Both the position numbers and the translations under genes were made by a program. The notes under the pieces are model-generated. The model made no database searches. It was not told the origin of the DNA and was given only the letters and a program-made list of their open reading frames with translations. Source: Bacteroidota bacterium (GTDB taxonomy: Bacteria; Bacteroidota; Ignavibacteria; Kryptoniales; JAKASW01). Taken from it: a stretch of 64,000 bases of DNA. This document shows positions 48,157 to 57,786 of this stretch, one piece after another. Position 1 is the first letter of the stretch, and every line of letters begins with the position of its first letter. The stretch is taken from assembly GCA_023480735.1 (NCBI GenBank), contig JAMCXB010000034.1:9618-73617 (forward strand), given 5' to 3'.

Positions 48157-50283
48157 CTAGTTGTAGATTGTGATCCGCTGTCCCGGACGAATATCACGAG
48201 CTGCAGTAGTGTTCCATTCCCTGAGCTGGTCCAGGGAGACACCGAATTTCTTGGCTATGCTCCAGAGAGAATCGCCTGGGCGTACCCTATATACCGTTCT
48301 CGAATCGGAATTGTCTGCGATCATATCGCTCACGCTGGTGGTGCCGTTGCTGGCTGAAGACGCAGTCACTCTCAAGCGCTCACCGATGTTTATCCTGTTC
48401 GAACGCAGTTTATTCCATCGCCGCAGATCTGCCACCGTAACGCGATAAAAGGAAGCAATTCCGATCAAAGTCTCGCCGCTTCTCACCTTGTGATATCCTG
48501 AGGCTGATACTGCTACTGGCGGGGGATCAACCTGAGCGACAGTCTTCCCGCTCGGCTGGGCGGCCATCACAACAAGCCGCATTCTCGGTCTGATCATCGA
48601 GCCGCGGAGGTGGTTCAGCCTCTTCAACCGTGCTACCGTCGTCCCGTAAGCCTGGGCTATTTCACCTAAAGTCTCGCCTCTCCTGACGATATGAACCCTT
48701 GAACCTGAACTATGCCCTCTGAGTGCAGTGCGTTCGACCCTTTCGCTGCCATTTCCAGCGTAATATGAGCTGTGTACGGGAATTCTCAACTGCATTCCGG
48801 GGAAAATATGGCTCCTCCGCCAAGTGAGGTGATTTGCCATTCTCAGAGATGACAAACTGACCCCGTACATCCTTGCGATTGTCCACAACGACTCACCGTA
48901 TCTGACGGTGTGGAAAGTCCACGTGAGCCTCTCCGATGCCGGAAGCTTGTGATAATCTGCGGCGAAAACCGGCCCCATTCCTTCAGGCACTAACAGAGGA
49001 TAACCAGATGTGCCGTAGTTGGGAGGGGTTACGCCGTGAACAAGTTCCGGGTTCAAAGACAGAAGAGAATCATAATCCACCCCGGTCATCCTGGCCAGAA
49101 CTCCTAAGTCAACGCTTGCCGGGATTCGCACCGTGTCTTCCGGTGGTGGCGGAGATGCTAAACTGTCTACGAATCCGTATTCGGTAGGATTTATTGCAAT
49201 GAGTGTCACGGCGATGTATTGCGGTACGTAGTTTCTAGTTTCGCGAGGGAGATAACGTTTTATCTGCCAGAAGTCTCTATCGCCCCCGCTTCTCCAGATT
49301 GCCCTATTGACTGAACGAGTCCCGCAATTGTAGGCAGCTATCGCCAGGTACCAGTTGTGGTAATAGTCGTATAAGTCCTTCAGGTGCCGTGCCGCCGCTT
49401 CGGTCGCCATCACGGGGTTTCGCCGCTGGTCGTACCACCAATTAGAATGAAGGCCGTAAAGGCTGCCAGTTGAGCGAATAAACTGCCATAAACCGACTGC
49501 TCCTGCCCATGAACGGGCTGTCGGATTGAGTCCACTTTCCGGCATCGAAAGGTATGCAATCTCTTCGGGAAGTCCTTCCTCCCGGAAAATCTTCTTCATG
49601 GTTGGCATGTACACACCGGAACGGTAAATCCAGTCCTGCATGTGCCATCTGCCGCGCGTCGTAAAAAATTCTATGTTCTGCTCGACATACCGATTCATCA
49701 CTAGCGGTACTGTCGTTTTGGGAGCCACTTCCTTTGGGAACTTCGTACCAGCAATGTTTATAGAATCAACGATTTGAGACAGCTTCTCCTGCAAAGCGAA
49801 CACAGATGTGCCGGGCTCGAGGTTTTGGACCATGGAGATGTATCTCTTGTAGTCATCAATAATCTGTTGACTCAGGGTTACAAAATCTTTATTGTCCTCA
49901 ATGTCAGGATAGTAGCTCAGGTCGTTCAGAACATCTATGCTATTTTCGAATTCAATTTCAGATGAATCCTGCGCCCCAGCTTTCTGAAGCATGATAGCAT
50001 CAGAATAGTATTGCCGCGCCAGGTCCATGAGTTTACTGACTGCAACGTCTCCAGCGAGAATGGAATCAGGGCTATATAAGGTGGTCAACTCGGTTTGTTG
50101 GACGATGGCTCGCCTGCTCATTTCCACGGAAGATCTCAAGCTAAGGGAGTCTAACTGTTTCGTGGTTTCACTGCGGCTCTCTGCCGCCTGCGGTTTCTGA
50201 ATCTCCCTATTTGAAGAGCAGGAAAACGAGATAGTTGCTAACATGCCCCCCAAAAGCAATAAGAAATACTTTGTTCTATGCAT
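48157..50283 (-). CDS. mltD: lytic transglycosylase with four C-terminal LysM repeats (MltD-like lipoprotein)
   Basis: ATG 50283 gives the lipobox LATISFSC. It has an SLT domain (ESGLNPTARSWAGAVGLWQF..AYNCG) and four LysM units (e.g. YRVRPGDSLWSIAKKFGVSLDQLREWN). Confidence 0.86.
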   Translation of the reverse strand: MHRTKYFLLLLGGMLATISFSCSSNREIQKPQAAESRSETTKQLDSLSLRSSVEMSRRAIVQQTELTTLYSPDSILAGDVAVSKLMDLARQYYSDAIMLQKAGAQDSSEIEFENSIDVLNDLSYYPDIEDNKDFVTLSQQIIDDYKRYISMVQNLEPGTSVFALQEKLSQIVDSINIAGTKFPKEVAPKTTVPLVMNRYVEQNIEFFTTRGRWHMQDWIYRSGVYMPTMKKIFREEGLPEEIAYLSMPESGLNPTARSWAGAVGLWQFIRSTGSLYGLHSNWWYDQRRNPVMATEAAARHLKDLYDYYHNWYLAIAAYNCGTRSVNRAIWRSGGDRDFWQIKRYLPRETRNYVPQYIAVTLIAINPTEYGFVDSLASPPPPEDTVRIPASVDLGVLARMTGVDYDSLLSLNPELVHGVTPPNYGTSGYPLLVPEGMGPVFAADYHKLPASERLTWTFHTVRYGESLWTIARMYGVSLSSLRMANHLTWRRSHIFPGMQLRIPVHSSYYAGNGSERVERTALRGHSSGSRVHIVRRGETLGEIAQAYGTTVARLKRLNHLRGSMIRPRMRLVVMAAQPSGKTVAQVDPPPVAVSASGYHKVRSGETLIGIASFYRVTVADLRRWNKLRSNRINIGERLRVTASSASNGTTSVSDMIADNSDSRTVYRVRPGDSLWSIAKKFGVSLDQLREWNTTAARDIRPGQRITIYN

Positions 50284-50511
50284 TGGCCTCGTTGGTTTGG
50301 AAATACTAATTAATATATACGCGTCATAAATATTTGTCAAGTAAAAGTTTAAGCAGCGGCTGAAACTGCCGGATATTTCACGACTTAACCTCTACTTATA
50401 GTATTGGCCTTTTCAAATGGATCTGCAACGCCGAAACATCCACTTCAGCTTAACTGGGATACCACACCGGCGTTCAGTTGGCGGCCCGCTACCGCCTTTC
50501 GCTTCGGCAGC

Positions 50512-52173
50512 TTAGAAAACGACGGGTTCTTCGTACACTCCAAATACTTCTTTAAGCGTGTTACACATTTCTCCGAGAGTCACGTAGGCCCTCGTAGCCT
50601 GAAGTAATTTGGGCATCAGATTCGTCCCATCCTCAGCAGCCTTCCGGAGCTCAGATAGAGCGTCTTCCGCCTCCACTTCGCTTCTCTCTGCGCGGACCTT
50701 CTCAATCCGTTGTAGCTGCTTGACTTCTACTTCTTTTGGTATTTCAAGGATAGGGATAGAAATCTGCTCATTTTCTTGTACGTATTCGTTGACTCCAACT
50801 ATGATCTTTCCCTTCTTATCCAATTCCTGCTGATACCTGTATGCGGCATCGGCAATTTCCCGTTGGAAGAAGCCCTGCTCTATGGCAGCGATCACACCGC
50901 CGAGGGAATCGATCTTCTCAAAGTATCTCTCAGCCCCCAGTTCCATTCGATTCGTAAGATTTTCAATGAAATAGCTCCCTGCAAGCGGATCGATCGTATT
51001 TGCAACGCCGGTTTCATGCGCCAGGATCTGCTGAGTTCGAAGTGCGATCGTAACGGCCTTCTCGCTTGGCAGCGCAAGTGTTTCATCCATTGAATTTGTA
51101 TGAAGTGACTGTGTCCCTCCCAGGACTGCAGCCAATGCCTGGTATGCCGTCCGGACAATGTTGTTCTCCGGTTGTTGGGCCGTCAACGAGCATCCTGCCG
51201 TCTGGGTGTGAAATCTCAAGGTCCACGTTCGGGGATTCTTCGCGCCGTATTTATTGCGCATTCGCCGCGCCCAGATTCTCCTCGCCGCGCGGAATTTGGC
51301 AATTTCCTCGAAGAAGTCGAGATGCGAATTGAAGAAGAATGATAGCTGGGGGACAAACTCGTCGAGATCCAGCCCGGCAGCCATTCCGGCTTCGACGTAC
51401 GCAAATCCGTCAGCTAGCGTAAATGCCAATTCCTGGGCTGCGGTCGATCCCGCCTCCCTTATGTGGTAACCGCTTATCGAAATCGGGTTCCACTTCGGCA
51501 TTTCTTTGACTGTGAATGCGAACATGTCGGTTATGATTCGCATGGAGGGATTGGGCGGATAAATCCATTCCTTTTGGGCTATATATTCTTTTAGTATATC
51601 GTTCTGAATTGTCCCGCGGAGTTGGTGAGCCTTTACGCCTTGCTTCTCGGCAACGGCTATATAAAATGCCAGCAGCATAGCCGCAGGCGCGTTTATTGTC
51701 ATCGAGGTCGAAACCTTGTCCAACGGGATACCGTCGAACAGCACTTCCATATCTGCAAGAGAACTGACGGAAACCCCGCAAATCCCGACCTCGCCTTCGG
51801 AAAGAGGATCGTCAGCGTCGCGCCCCATTAAGGTCGGCAAATCGAACGCTACGCTGAGGCCGGTTTGACCGTTTTCGAGGAGGTAGTGGTACCGTTTATT
51901 CGAGTCTTCAGGTGTTCCGAACCCGGCGAACTGGCGCATGGTCCAGAGTCTCCCGCGGTACATCGTATGATGTATCCCGCGTGTGTAAGGAAACTCTCCC
52001 GGGAAGCCTATATCGTTCTCAAAATCCAGGTTCTCGACGTCGTCCGGCGTGTACAACGCGTCGATCGGTTCACCGCTCACCGTTGTGAAATTGGCAGGCC
52101 GGGTTTCTCCCGTCGCTGCCTCTTTCTTCCACTCCTCTTTTCGCTTCTTGATTTCATCAAAGGAGTTGTTCAC
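50512..52173 (-). CDS. methylmalonyl-CoA mutase-family large (catalytic) subunit without the B12-binding domain
   Basis: 553 aa. It contains [30 protein letters not shown] and [10 protein letters not shown]. It ends at ..[10 protein letters not shown], before any cobalamin-binding domain. Confidence 0.93.
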   Translation of the reverse strand: MNNSFDEIKKRKEEWKKEAATGETRPANFTTVSGEPIDALYTPDDVENLDFENDIGFPGEFPYTRGIHHTMYRGRLWTMRQFAGFGTPEDSNKRYHYLLENGQTGLSVAFDLPTLMGRDADDPLSEGEVGICGVSVSSLADMEVLFDGIPLDKVSTSMTINAPAAMLLAFYIAVAEKQGVKAHQLRGTIQNDILKEYIAQKEWIYPPNPSMRIITDMFAFTVKEMPKWNPISISGYHIREAGSTAAQELAFTLADGFAYVEAGMAAGLDLDEFVPQLSFFFNSHLDFFEEIAKFRAARRIWARRMRNKYGAKNPRTWTLRFHTQTAGCSLTAQQPENNIVRTAYQALAAVLGGTQSLHTNSMDETLALPSEKAVTIALRTQQILAHETGVANTIDPLAGSYFIENLTNRMELGAERYFEKIDSLGGVIAAIEQGFFQREIADAAYRYQQELDKKGKIIVGVNEYVQENEQISIPILEIPKEVEVKQLQRIEKVRAERSEVEAEDALSELRKAAEDGTNLMPKLLQATRAYVTLGEMCNTLKEVFGVYEEPVVF

Positions 52174-52853
52174 TGAATCACCTTTTCCGTTTTAGTTCTG
52201 CGGTAAGCATCTGATAAGATACTGACCGTTGCCACGCACATTATCAAATAGCCGACCACAAATGTAAACCAGTCAAAAGTCTTCGGTACGTAGCTTTCTA
52301 TGCCTTTTGGGCCTCTGGAGAATAAGATATGAAAAACTCCTCCAGTAAACGAGTAGAAAACCACCGAACAGCCTGCGACAAATACCCAGAAGTTAAGTCT
52401 GTCTATCCTAACCTCGTCCGACCTGTCGCTCAGAAGAATAAGCGCCAGGGAAGCCACGGCAAGGAGGAGAGAAACAAGCACAGGTGAAAGGACGGGTCCG
52501 ATCCACGCAATCGGAATCAGGAAGAGTATATCGAAGCTTAGGAATGAACCCGGCCAGCCAATAATGAGTCTGAGGAAGACATAGTAGAAGATGTCCCAAA
52601 GCGCAAACGCGTAGATGAAGAACATCCATTTTTGGAACCTGTTCCTTCCCGCGAGAGCTCCCACGGCGAGCAACATTATTATCGTCGCCGCTTCGCGCCC
52701 GATTTCTATCAGCGCGAGATTTGGCTGGAGGTATTTCAAGGGAAAGACTTCTGACACGCTCCCGAAGATCATCTCACGGAGGTAAACAACCACGGCCGAC
52801 TCCACGTATGCCATAGCTATTGCGTATACCGAAATTGCATAGACTTTTTTCAC
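52170..52853 (-). CDS. polytopic membrane protein of unknown function
   Basis: 227 aa with about 6 hydrophobic helices. Its stop overlaps the mutase start by 4 nt. I recognise no family. Confidence 0.6.
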   Translation of the reverse strand: MKKVYAISVYAIAMAYVESAVVVYLREMIFGSVSEVFPLKYLQPNLALIEIGREAATIIMLLAVGALAGRNRFQKWMFFIYAFALWDIFYYVFLRLIIGWPGSFLSFDILFLIPIAWIGPVLSPVLVSLLLAVASLALILLSDRSDEVRIDRLNFWVFVAGCSVVFYSFTGGVFHILFSRGPKGIESYVPKTFDWFTFVVGYLIMCVATVSILSDAYRRTKTEKVIQ

Positions 52854-52926
52854 TTTCGCAATTTCAGCAAGTTGGTTGATTCTTTCAATGTTAAATTAGG
52901 GCGGAATATTCGCGCCCTGCCGTACC

Positions 52927-53046
52927 GTAACCCCTCACTTATGGTTTCTCGCCAAGCCGCAAGCTCGCAAAGCGAACCGCTCGTCAACATTTCTTTGCGT
53001 TCTTGGCGCCTTTGCGAGAGAAATAACCCTTTCAGTGAGGCATTAC
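52927..53046 (+). mobile_element. MITE-like element, copy 2
   Basis: 120 nt. It differs from copy 1 by 2 substitutions and a 4-nt AAGC insertion. It is flanked by GCCGTACC and GCTGTACC. Confidence 0.75.
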
Positions 53047-53104
53047 GCTGTACCCGTGCGATACTGCTACTGGAACAAAAAGAAAATATGGCTATATTAA
53101 ACAA

Positions 53105-54949
53105 CTGAAGAAGACAAGACTACACACGTTTCATATACCCGTTCTGGGGCTCGCATTTTCAGTAGATACTCCGCTGAAAGTCGCGCGCTTCGGGATCTCA
53201 TCAGTAATTTCCGTTGTCGATGACGTGCTTATCGAGCGTATGCGGAAACACCATTCACTGCTGAACGGCGAACCGTATTCCCCGATCACCGTACGCGAGC
53301 CGGATTATCGCGCGCGGCGGATCACGGCTTACTTGAACCTTGTCGGACGTCTCGTTGAGCGGCAGACTGCAGCACTCAAATCGTCGCCCTTCAACAAAGG
53401 AAGCGAGATCGTCAGATTCTTTGAGATGCTTCCGAACTTGTCTCCCTTGAAATCCTTGTATGATCGCATGCTCCGGACAACGGACGCTGCGAAGAAATTG
53501 GCAATTGAGGGTCAGCTTCGGTCGCAGATAGTCGCGGGTGACATCGATGTGAACGTCATGACGAAGGTGGACAAGACTAACTTCGGAAAAGACAACGAGC
53601 CGCTTCCGCCGGAGTTTTCGGATGCGGTTGCCGCAATGCGCGGATTCATCAAAAGCGATCTCAATTCATCGGTTGTGCTGTCTGCCGGACTGAATTCCCG
53701 CCTGTTCGCTTACATGGCGCAATGTACCGAATTTCTACCCGCTACCGACGGCAGCCTCAAAAAGAGGGTGATACTAAAGGTAAGCGACTATCGTTCGGCA
53801 TATGTACAGGGAAAAATCCTCGCGAAGAAGGGTATATGGTGTTCTGAGTTCCGCATAGAATCTGGATTGAATTGCGGCGGGCATGCGTTCGCCACAGATG
53901 GATATCTGCTGGGGCCGATCCTTGAGGAATTCAAATCGAAACGTCGTTCTCTTGCAGACGAACTGGTCCAACTCTACTCGGCGGCATTGAAGGAAAAAGG
54001 ATTGCAGATGCCGCAGACTCCGATGGAATTCCTTATCACGGTGCAGGGTGGTATCGGCACGGCGAAGGAAGACGCTTTCCTGCGCGAACACTACGGCGTC
54101 GACGGTACCGGCTGGGGGTCACCATTCCTTCTTGTACCGGAGGCTACAAACGTCGACGATGAGACACGCAGCCAGCTTGCAGGCTCACTTAGAGAAGACT
54201 TTTATCTCAGCGGCGCGTCACCACTCGGAATCTCATTCAACAATCTGAGAAACACTTCGAGCGAGAAGCAGCTCCGGCAAAGGATCGAAGAAGGTAAACC
54301 GGGCGCTCCATGCACTAAGAAGCTTCTCGTGTCGAATACGGAGTTCACAAAGGAACCAATTTGTACCGCGTCGAATCAGTATCAAGCTTTGAAGATCGCG
54401 GAGTTGAAAAGTCTCGGGCTGCCGCCATCGGAGCTCGAAGAGAAGATCGGCAGGGTGCTCGAGAAGGCGTGTCTTTGTGAAGGTCTATCGGCGACCGGGG
54501 CGGTCGGCGAGAATTCGAGCGGTGATAAAAAGGAACGTGCGGTCGCGGTCTGTCCGGGGCCGAACCTTGCTTACTTCTCCAATATAGCATCCCTTGAAGA
54601 TATGGTCGGACACATCTATGGTCGCGTGCAGTTGCTGACGGGCGCCCATCGTCCCAACATGTTCATACAGGAACTACGGTTGTACGTCGACTATCTGAAA
54701 AGTGAGATTCGTAGAAGGGTGGATTCGCTGACCGTAAAAGACCAGAAATATCTGAGGAGTTTTGCCGACTCACTTCAGGAGGGAATCGAGTATTATAAGT
54801 CGATGATCCCGCTTCTGGTCGAGGAGACGGAGCGTTACAAAGACATCATGCTCGAAGAACTGCTGCAATTTCAAAAAGAGCTGTTGCGGATCATCATCCC
54901 TGGCGAGATAGCGGAACCTGTCCTTGTCGCAAATCTGAACCCACACTAG
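53105..54949 (+). CDS. conserved-looking hypothetical protein with NMO/FabK-like TIM-barrel motifs; start unresolved
   Basis: The ORF track starts at GTG 53225, but the frame is open from 53039. It encodes protein-like sequence (KKTRLHTFHIPVLGLAFSVDTPLKVARFGISSVISVVDD) with no canonical start; 53105 is a CTG. Internal blocks ESGLNCGGHAF and VQGGIGTAKE..GWGSPFLLVPEA resemble FMN TIM-barrel enzymes. Confidence 0.7.
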   Translation: MKKTRLHTFHIPVLGLAFSVDTPLKVARFGISSVISVVDDVLIERMRKHHSLLNGEPYSPITVREPDYRARRITAYLNLVGRLVERQTAALKSSPFNKGSEIVRFFEMLPNLSPLKSLYDRMLRTTDAAKKLAIEGQLRSQIVAGDIDVNVMTKVDKTNFGKDNEPLPPEFSDAVAAMRGFIKSDLNSSVVLSAGLNSRLFAYMAQCTEFLPATDGSLKKRVILKVSDYRSAYVQGKILAKKGIWCSEFRIESGLNCGGHAFATDGYLLGPILEEFKSKRRSLADELVQLYSAALKEKGLQMPQTPMEFLITVQGGIGTAKEDAFLREHYGVDGTGWGSPFLLVPEATNVDDETRSQLAGSLREDFYLSGASPLGISFNNLRNTSSEKQLRQRIEEGKPGAPCTKKLLVSNTEFTKEPICTASNQYQALKIAELKSLGLPPSELEEKIGRVLEKACLCEGLSATGAVGENSSGDKKERAVAVCPGPNLAYFSNIASLEDMVGHIYGRVQLLTGAHRPNMFIQELRLYVDYLKSEIRRRVDSLTVKDQKYLRSFADSLQEGIEYYKSMIPLLVEETERYKDIMLEELLQFQKELLRIIIPGEIAEPVLVANLNPH

Positions 54950-55473
54950 CGTCTGCCTCGCTTTCACGCAGGGCTGATTACCTTCCCACTGAATCCTCTT
55001 CTTTAAATCTCCACTGCCGTTCGTTCGATACTAAGTATCACACTATCTTAAACCGACACCGATGCATCATCAGTGTGGATCACAACACCGACATCTTTCA
55101 GCAAGAGAAGACGTGGTGACGTTGTGGTGGTAACTCCTCCAAAACCTGTGAGAATTGTGCGCCTGGAGGGATTCCACCGGAGAGGTCATTTTTTCAAGAG
55201 GAGTCGATTCGCGAAATCTCCCAACCCTCTGATCAAGAGCCTGCTTGGGCAAGCTCTCCTGCTGCAATTGCATGTATCAAAACCGCACACCTTGTGTATC
55301 GAAAGCGGACACCAGTGGACCCGGCTTCATCCGACTTCACCGAATTGGCGAGATTCTCGGAGGATGCGTGATGATACGATGACCTTGCATCGGCACATTA
55401 TTTGTTCTAGATTCGATCATCGACGGGAACAAAAAGGGATATGAACCGTTGATTGGGTCGTGATTGACAAATA

Positions 55474-56127
55474 ATGAGAGGGGAGATGCGGGTCAGGGCA
55501 GAAGAGCCGGGCAGGATCGTTCTGATCGACGAGAATGCGTTGATTGGCGAAGCAATCAAAACGCAATTGCAGAAGGAAGTCACTCTTCCGATTGAAGTCC
55601 TCCATTCTATTGAAGAATTGGATAATGGTCCGTACGATATCGTTTTCGTGAATTTGTCATATCATCGCAGTTGTCAAAGGATCGTTAAGAATATCGAGAA
55701 GGTGGGATGCCATGATTTCAAGAAACTGGTTGTCTTTTCCAATTTATGCCTGGCTGAAAGCAATCTCCGCGTGACTGATGAAAGGGTCACTGTTCTTTGC
55801 AAAAGAAACCCGCTGATCCTGGATGGGCAGTCTGACAGTGCATCGATGGGCATCTCATGCTGCGAAACGTGTGACGTATTTGAGTCCGAGGGACGGGATG
55901 CGAGCCACTTATTGTGCGGAAGAATCGAGACTCTATCGGCAAGAGAGAAAGAAATTCTCAAGATGATCGGCAGAGGGTTATCGAGTAAACAAATAGCCGA
56001 AAGGCTTTCCGTCAGTAAGAGGACTGTCGATTTCCACAGAACAAACATACTGAAGAAATTGGATTTGAGACGGCTGTCACAGGTGATAGGTATTCTTGTC
56101 TACTTTATGTCTGATTTTATTGAATGA
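55474..56127 (+). CDS. LuxR/GerE-family regulator with a degenerate receiver domain
   Basis: It has the C-terminal HTH LSAREKEILKMIGRGLSSKQIAERLSVSKRTVDFHRTNILKKL. The N-terminal region is receiver-like (IVLIDEN..DIVFVNL..VVFSN..LCK) with Asn at the expected phospho-Asp position. ATG 55486 is an alternative start. Confidence 0.85.
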   Translation: MRGEMRVRAEEPGRIVLIDENALIGEAIKTQLQKEVTLPIEVLHSIEELDNGPYDIVFVNLSYHRSCQRIVKNIEKVGCHDFKKLVVFSNLCLAESNLRVTDERVTVLCKRNPLILDGQSDSASMGISCCETCDVFESEGRDASHLLCGRIETLSAREKEILKMIGRGLSSKQIAERLSVSKRTVDFHRTNILKKLDLRRLSQVIGILVYFMSDFIE

Positions 56128-56252
56128 ATCGTGGTTTGTGTTTCTCCTGAATCCTTTGCCAAAGTATATCGCTGTCACTCAGTTGGGCATGTCAGAGGTT
56201 CATCTGCATCGTTGAATCGGGAGAGCAAATAAGTACCCCAGATCATGTCGTC

Positions 56253-56354
56253 TGTCATTCCCGAACGTTCTTACCGGGAATCCATGCAACGGAGATATTT
56301 AGATTCCCGCTTGTCCGAAGGACCCCTCGTATGGGGAAGCATGCGGGAATGACA
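56253..56354. repeat. composite palindromic element (CGGGAATGACA type)
   Basis: The outer inverted repeat is TGTCATTCCCG..CGGGAATGACA. It encloses nested hairpins (TCCCG..CGGGA, TTCCCGC..GCGGGAA, CCCC-TCGTAT-GGGG). It translates to the VIPA..WIPG-type junk peptide common for such repeats. Confidence 0.55.
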
Positions 56355-56566
56355 TAGTCAGTGGTTGCCGGATTTTCTTTGGCAGTATCAACCATTTTGC
56401 GCCTGAACCGATCAGGCTTTAGCCCGGCTTGCAGTCTGCAAAAACTGGTACAAATAACAGTTGACTTGTATGCCAATCCGCAATATTTTTCATTGAAAAT
56501 CGATAAAAGGCAGGCTGCTGCACTTTAGGGCAAACAAAGGGATTTCTAATCGCTAGAGGGGCTGCT

Positions 56567-57642
56567 ATGTCACTTTCGATGAAATGGAGTGCCATTACGG
56601 CATCTACTTTTGTCGTCGCCATGGTTCTCTTGACTTCGCGATTCCTGGGGCAAATTCCGGTCGCGCTGACAAACTGTCTCGTCATAGTGGGAGCGCTCGT
56701 CCTGACATTTCTGGAGTTGCGGGGAGAAACAACAGACTCGACGATGAGGCGGTATGTGTTTGGTCTGGCAATATTCATCCTCTTTTCCATGCTCTACTTG
56801 ATAGTTGCACCTAATATCTATGTGATTCGGATATTCCTTATCTCCATTTTTTGTTTTTCGCAGGTAAAGGCTGTCCAAGGAAATGAGAAGAGTCTCGCTA
56901 CCTTATAGTGGTCCCTTGCATTGAGCGCCTTCTTGTTTGGCTCGCTATTAGCCTTGTTTTTTGCCGAGCCGATATTCTGGTACGCGGCTCAGCGTTTTTC
57001 TGAGTTGGTATCCGGTCTGGTTGGGAACCTTCCTCTATTGTCGGCGGCATGATTGTGTTGGTTCTTCTCTGGGTCGTTCTTGCCCCACGACAAAATCCGA
57101 AATCTGCAATCCGAAATACCAAATCCCCCCTTCTGATTGCTTACATTGATGCCTCACATTTAAACAGATTCAGTGAATACGGGGATGACGGCGTCTGGCC
57201 CCTGACAAATAATCTGGTGAGGAACGGATACCTGCCGATTGTGTGTCGCAAGTTTTCGCCGGCGTTGCTGGAGACAAGCAAAATTGCATTTTTCATCGTC
57301 CCTGACCAGGAATTGTCCGGCGCGGAGATGAATGAGCTGGAAGGATACATGAAGCATGGCTGAACGGTGGTTTGGTCCGTCGGCCAGGAGAACAGCGAGG
57401 CTTCCGTGAGTATCCTGCGTGAACATGGAATGGCGTTGGACAATACCCCACTCGGTCCGGTCTCAGGCAGTTCAGCTGTTGTCCGATTTGCGGTTCCTCC
57501 AGCCGGAAGCCATGTCAAATCGTCGCCGCTGTTCAAGCAGAGCCTTTATGGGCGCCTACGGAACAGCGCACACTCAGCTGCTCCAATCGAGAGCCGGTCT
57601 GCAGAAACCAGCACAGACTCAAGGATCAACAATCACACTTGA
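56567..57642 (+). pseudogene. decayed paralogue of the 61899-63197 membrane protein
   Basis: A multi-TM N-terminus is interrupted by an in-frame TAG (56906-56908). A frame change follows near 57045. The soluble domain (LLIAYIDASH..IAFFIVPDQELSGAEMNELEGYMKHG*TVVWSVGQE) is then interrupted by an in-frame TGA (57361-57363). That TGA aligns with the second Gly of GNGGSLLLIGDH in the intact paralogue. Confidence 0.6.
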
Positions 57643-57786
57643 TATTCCGTGCTATCCAGCTGTGCCATGATTCAGGGAGTGACTGATTTAACTGCGAGAT
57701 AGAAGTGGGTCTCGATGCCACCGCGCGTACGGTGGCGTCGGACCTTCAGAGTCTAGGGACTATTTCATACTGAAGGAGTAAGCGAT

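Noticed and set aside
55324-55338. GCTTCATCCGACTTC looks like hairpin element B with its palindrome precisely removed (GCTTCATCC[..]CGACTTC), i.e. a possible hairpin-less site.
   Set aside because: This is a single 15-nt match whose junction I chose after the fact, and the surrounding sequence shows no similarity to the A/B flanks. It is worth a look only if a genome-wide model of the element is built.
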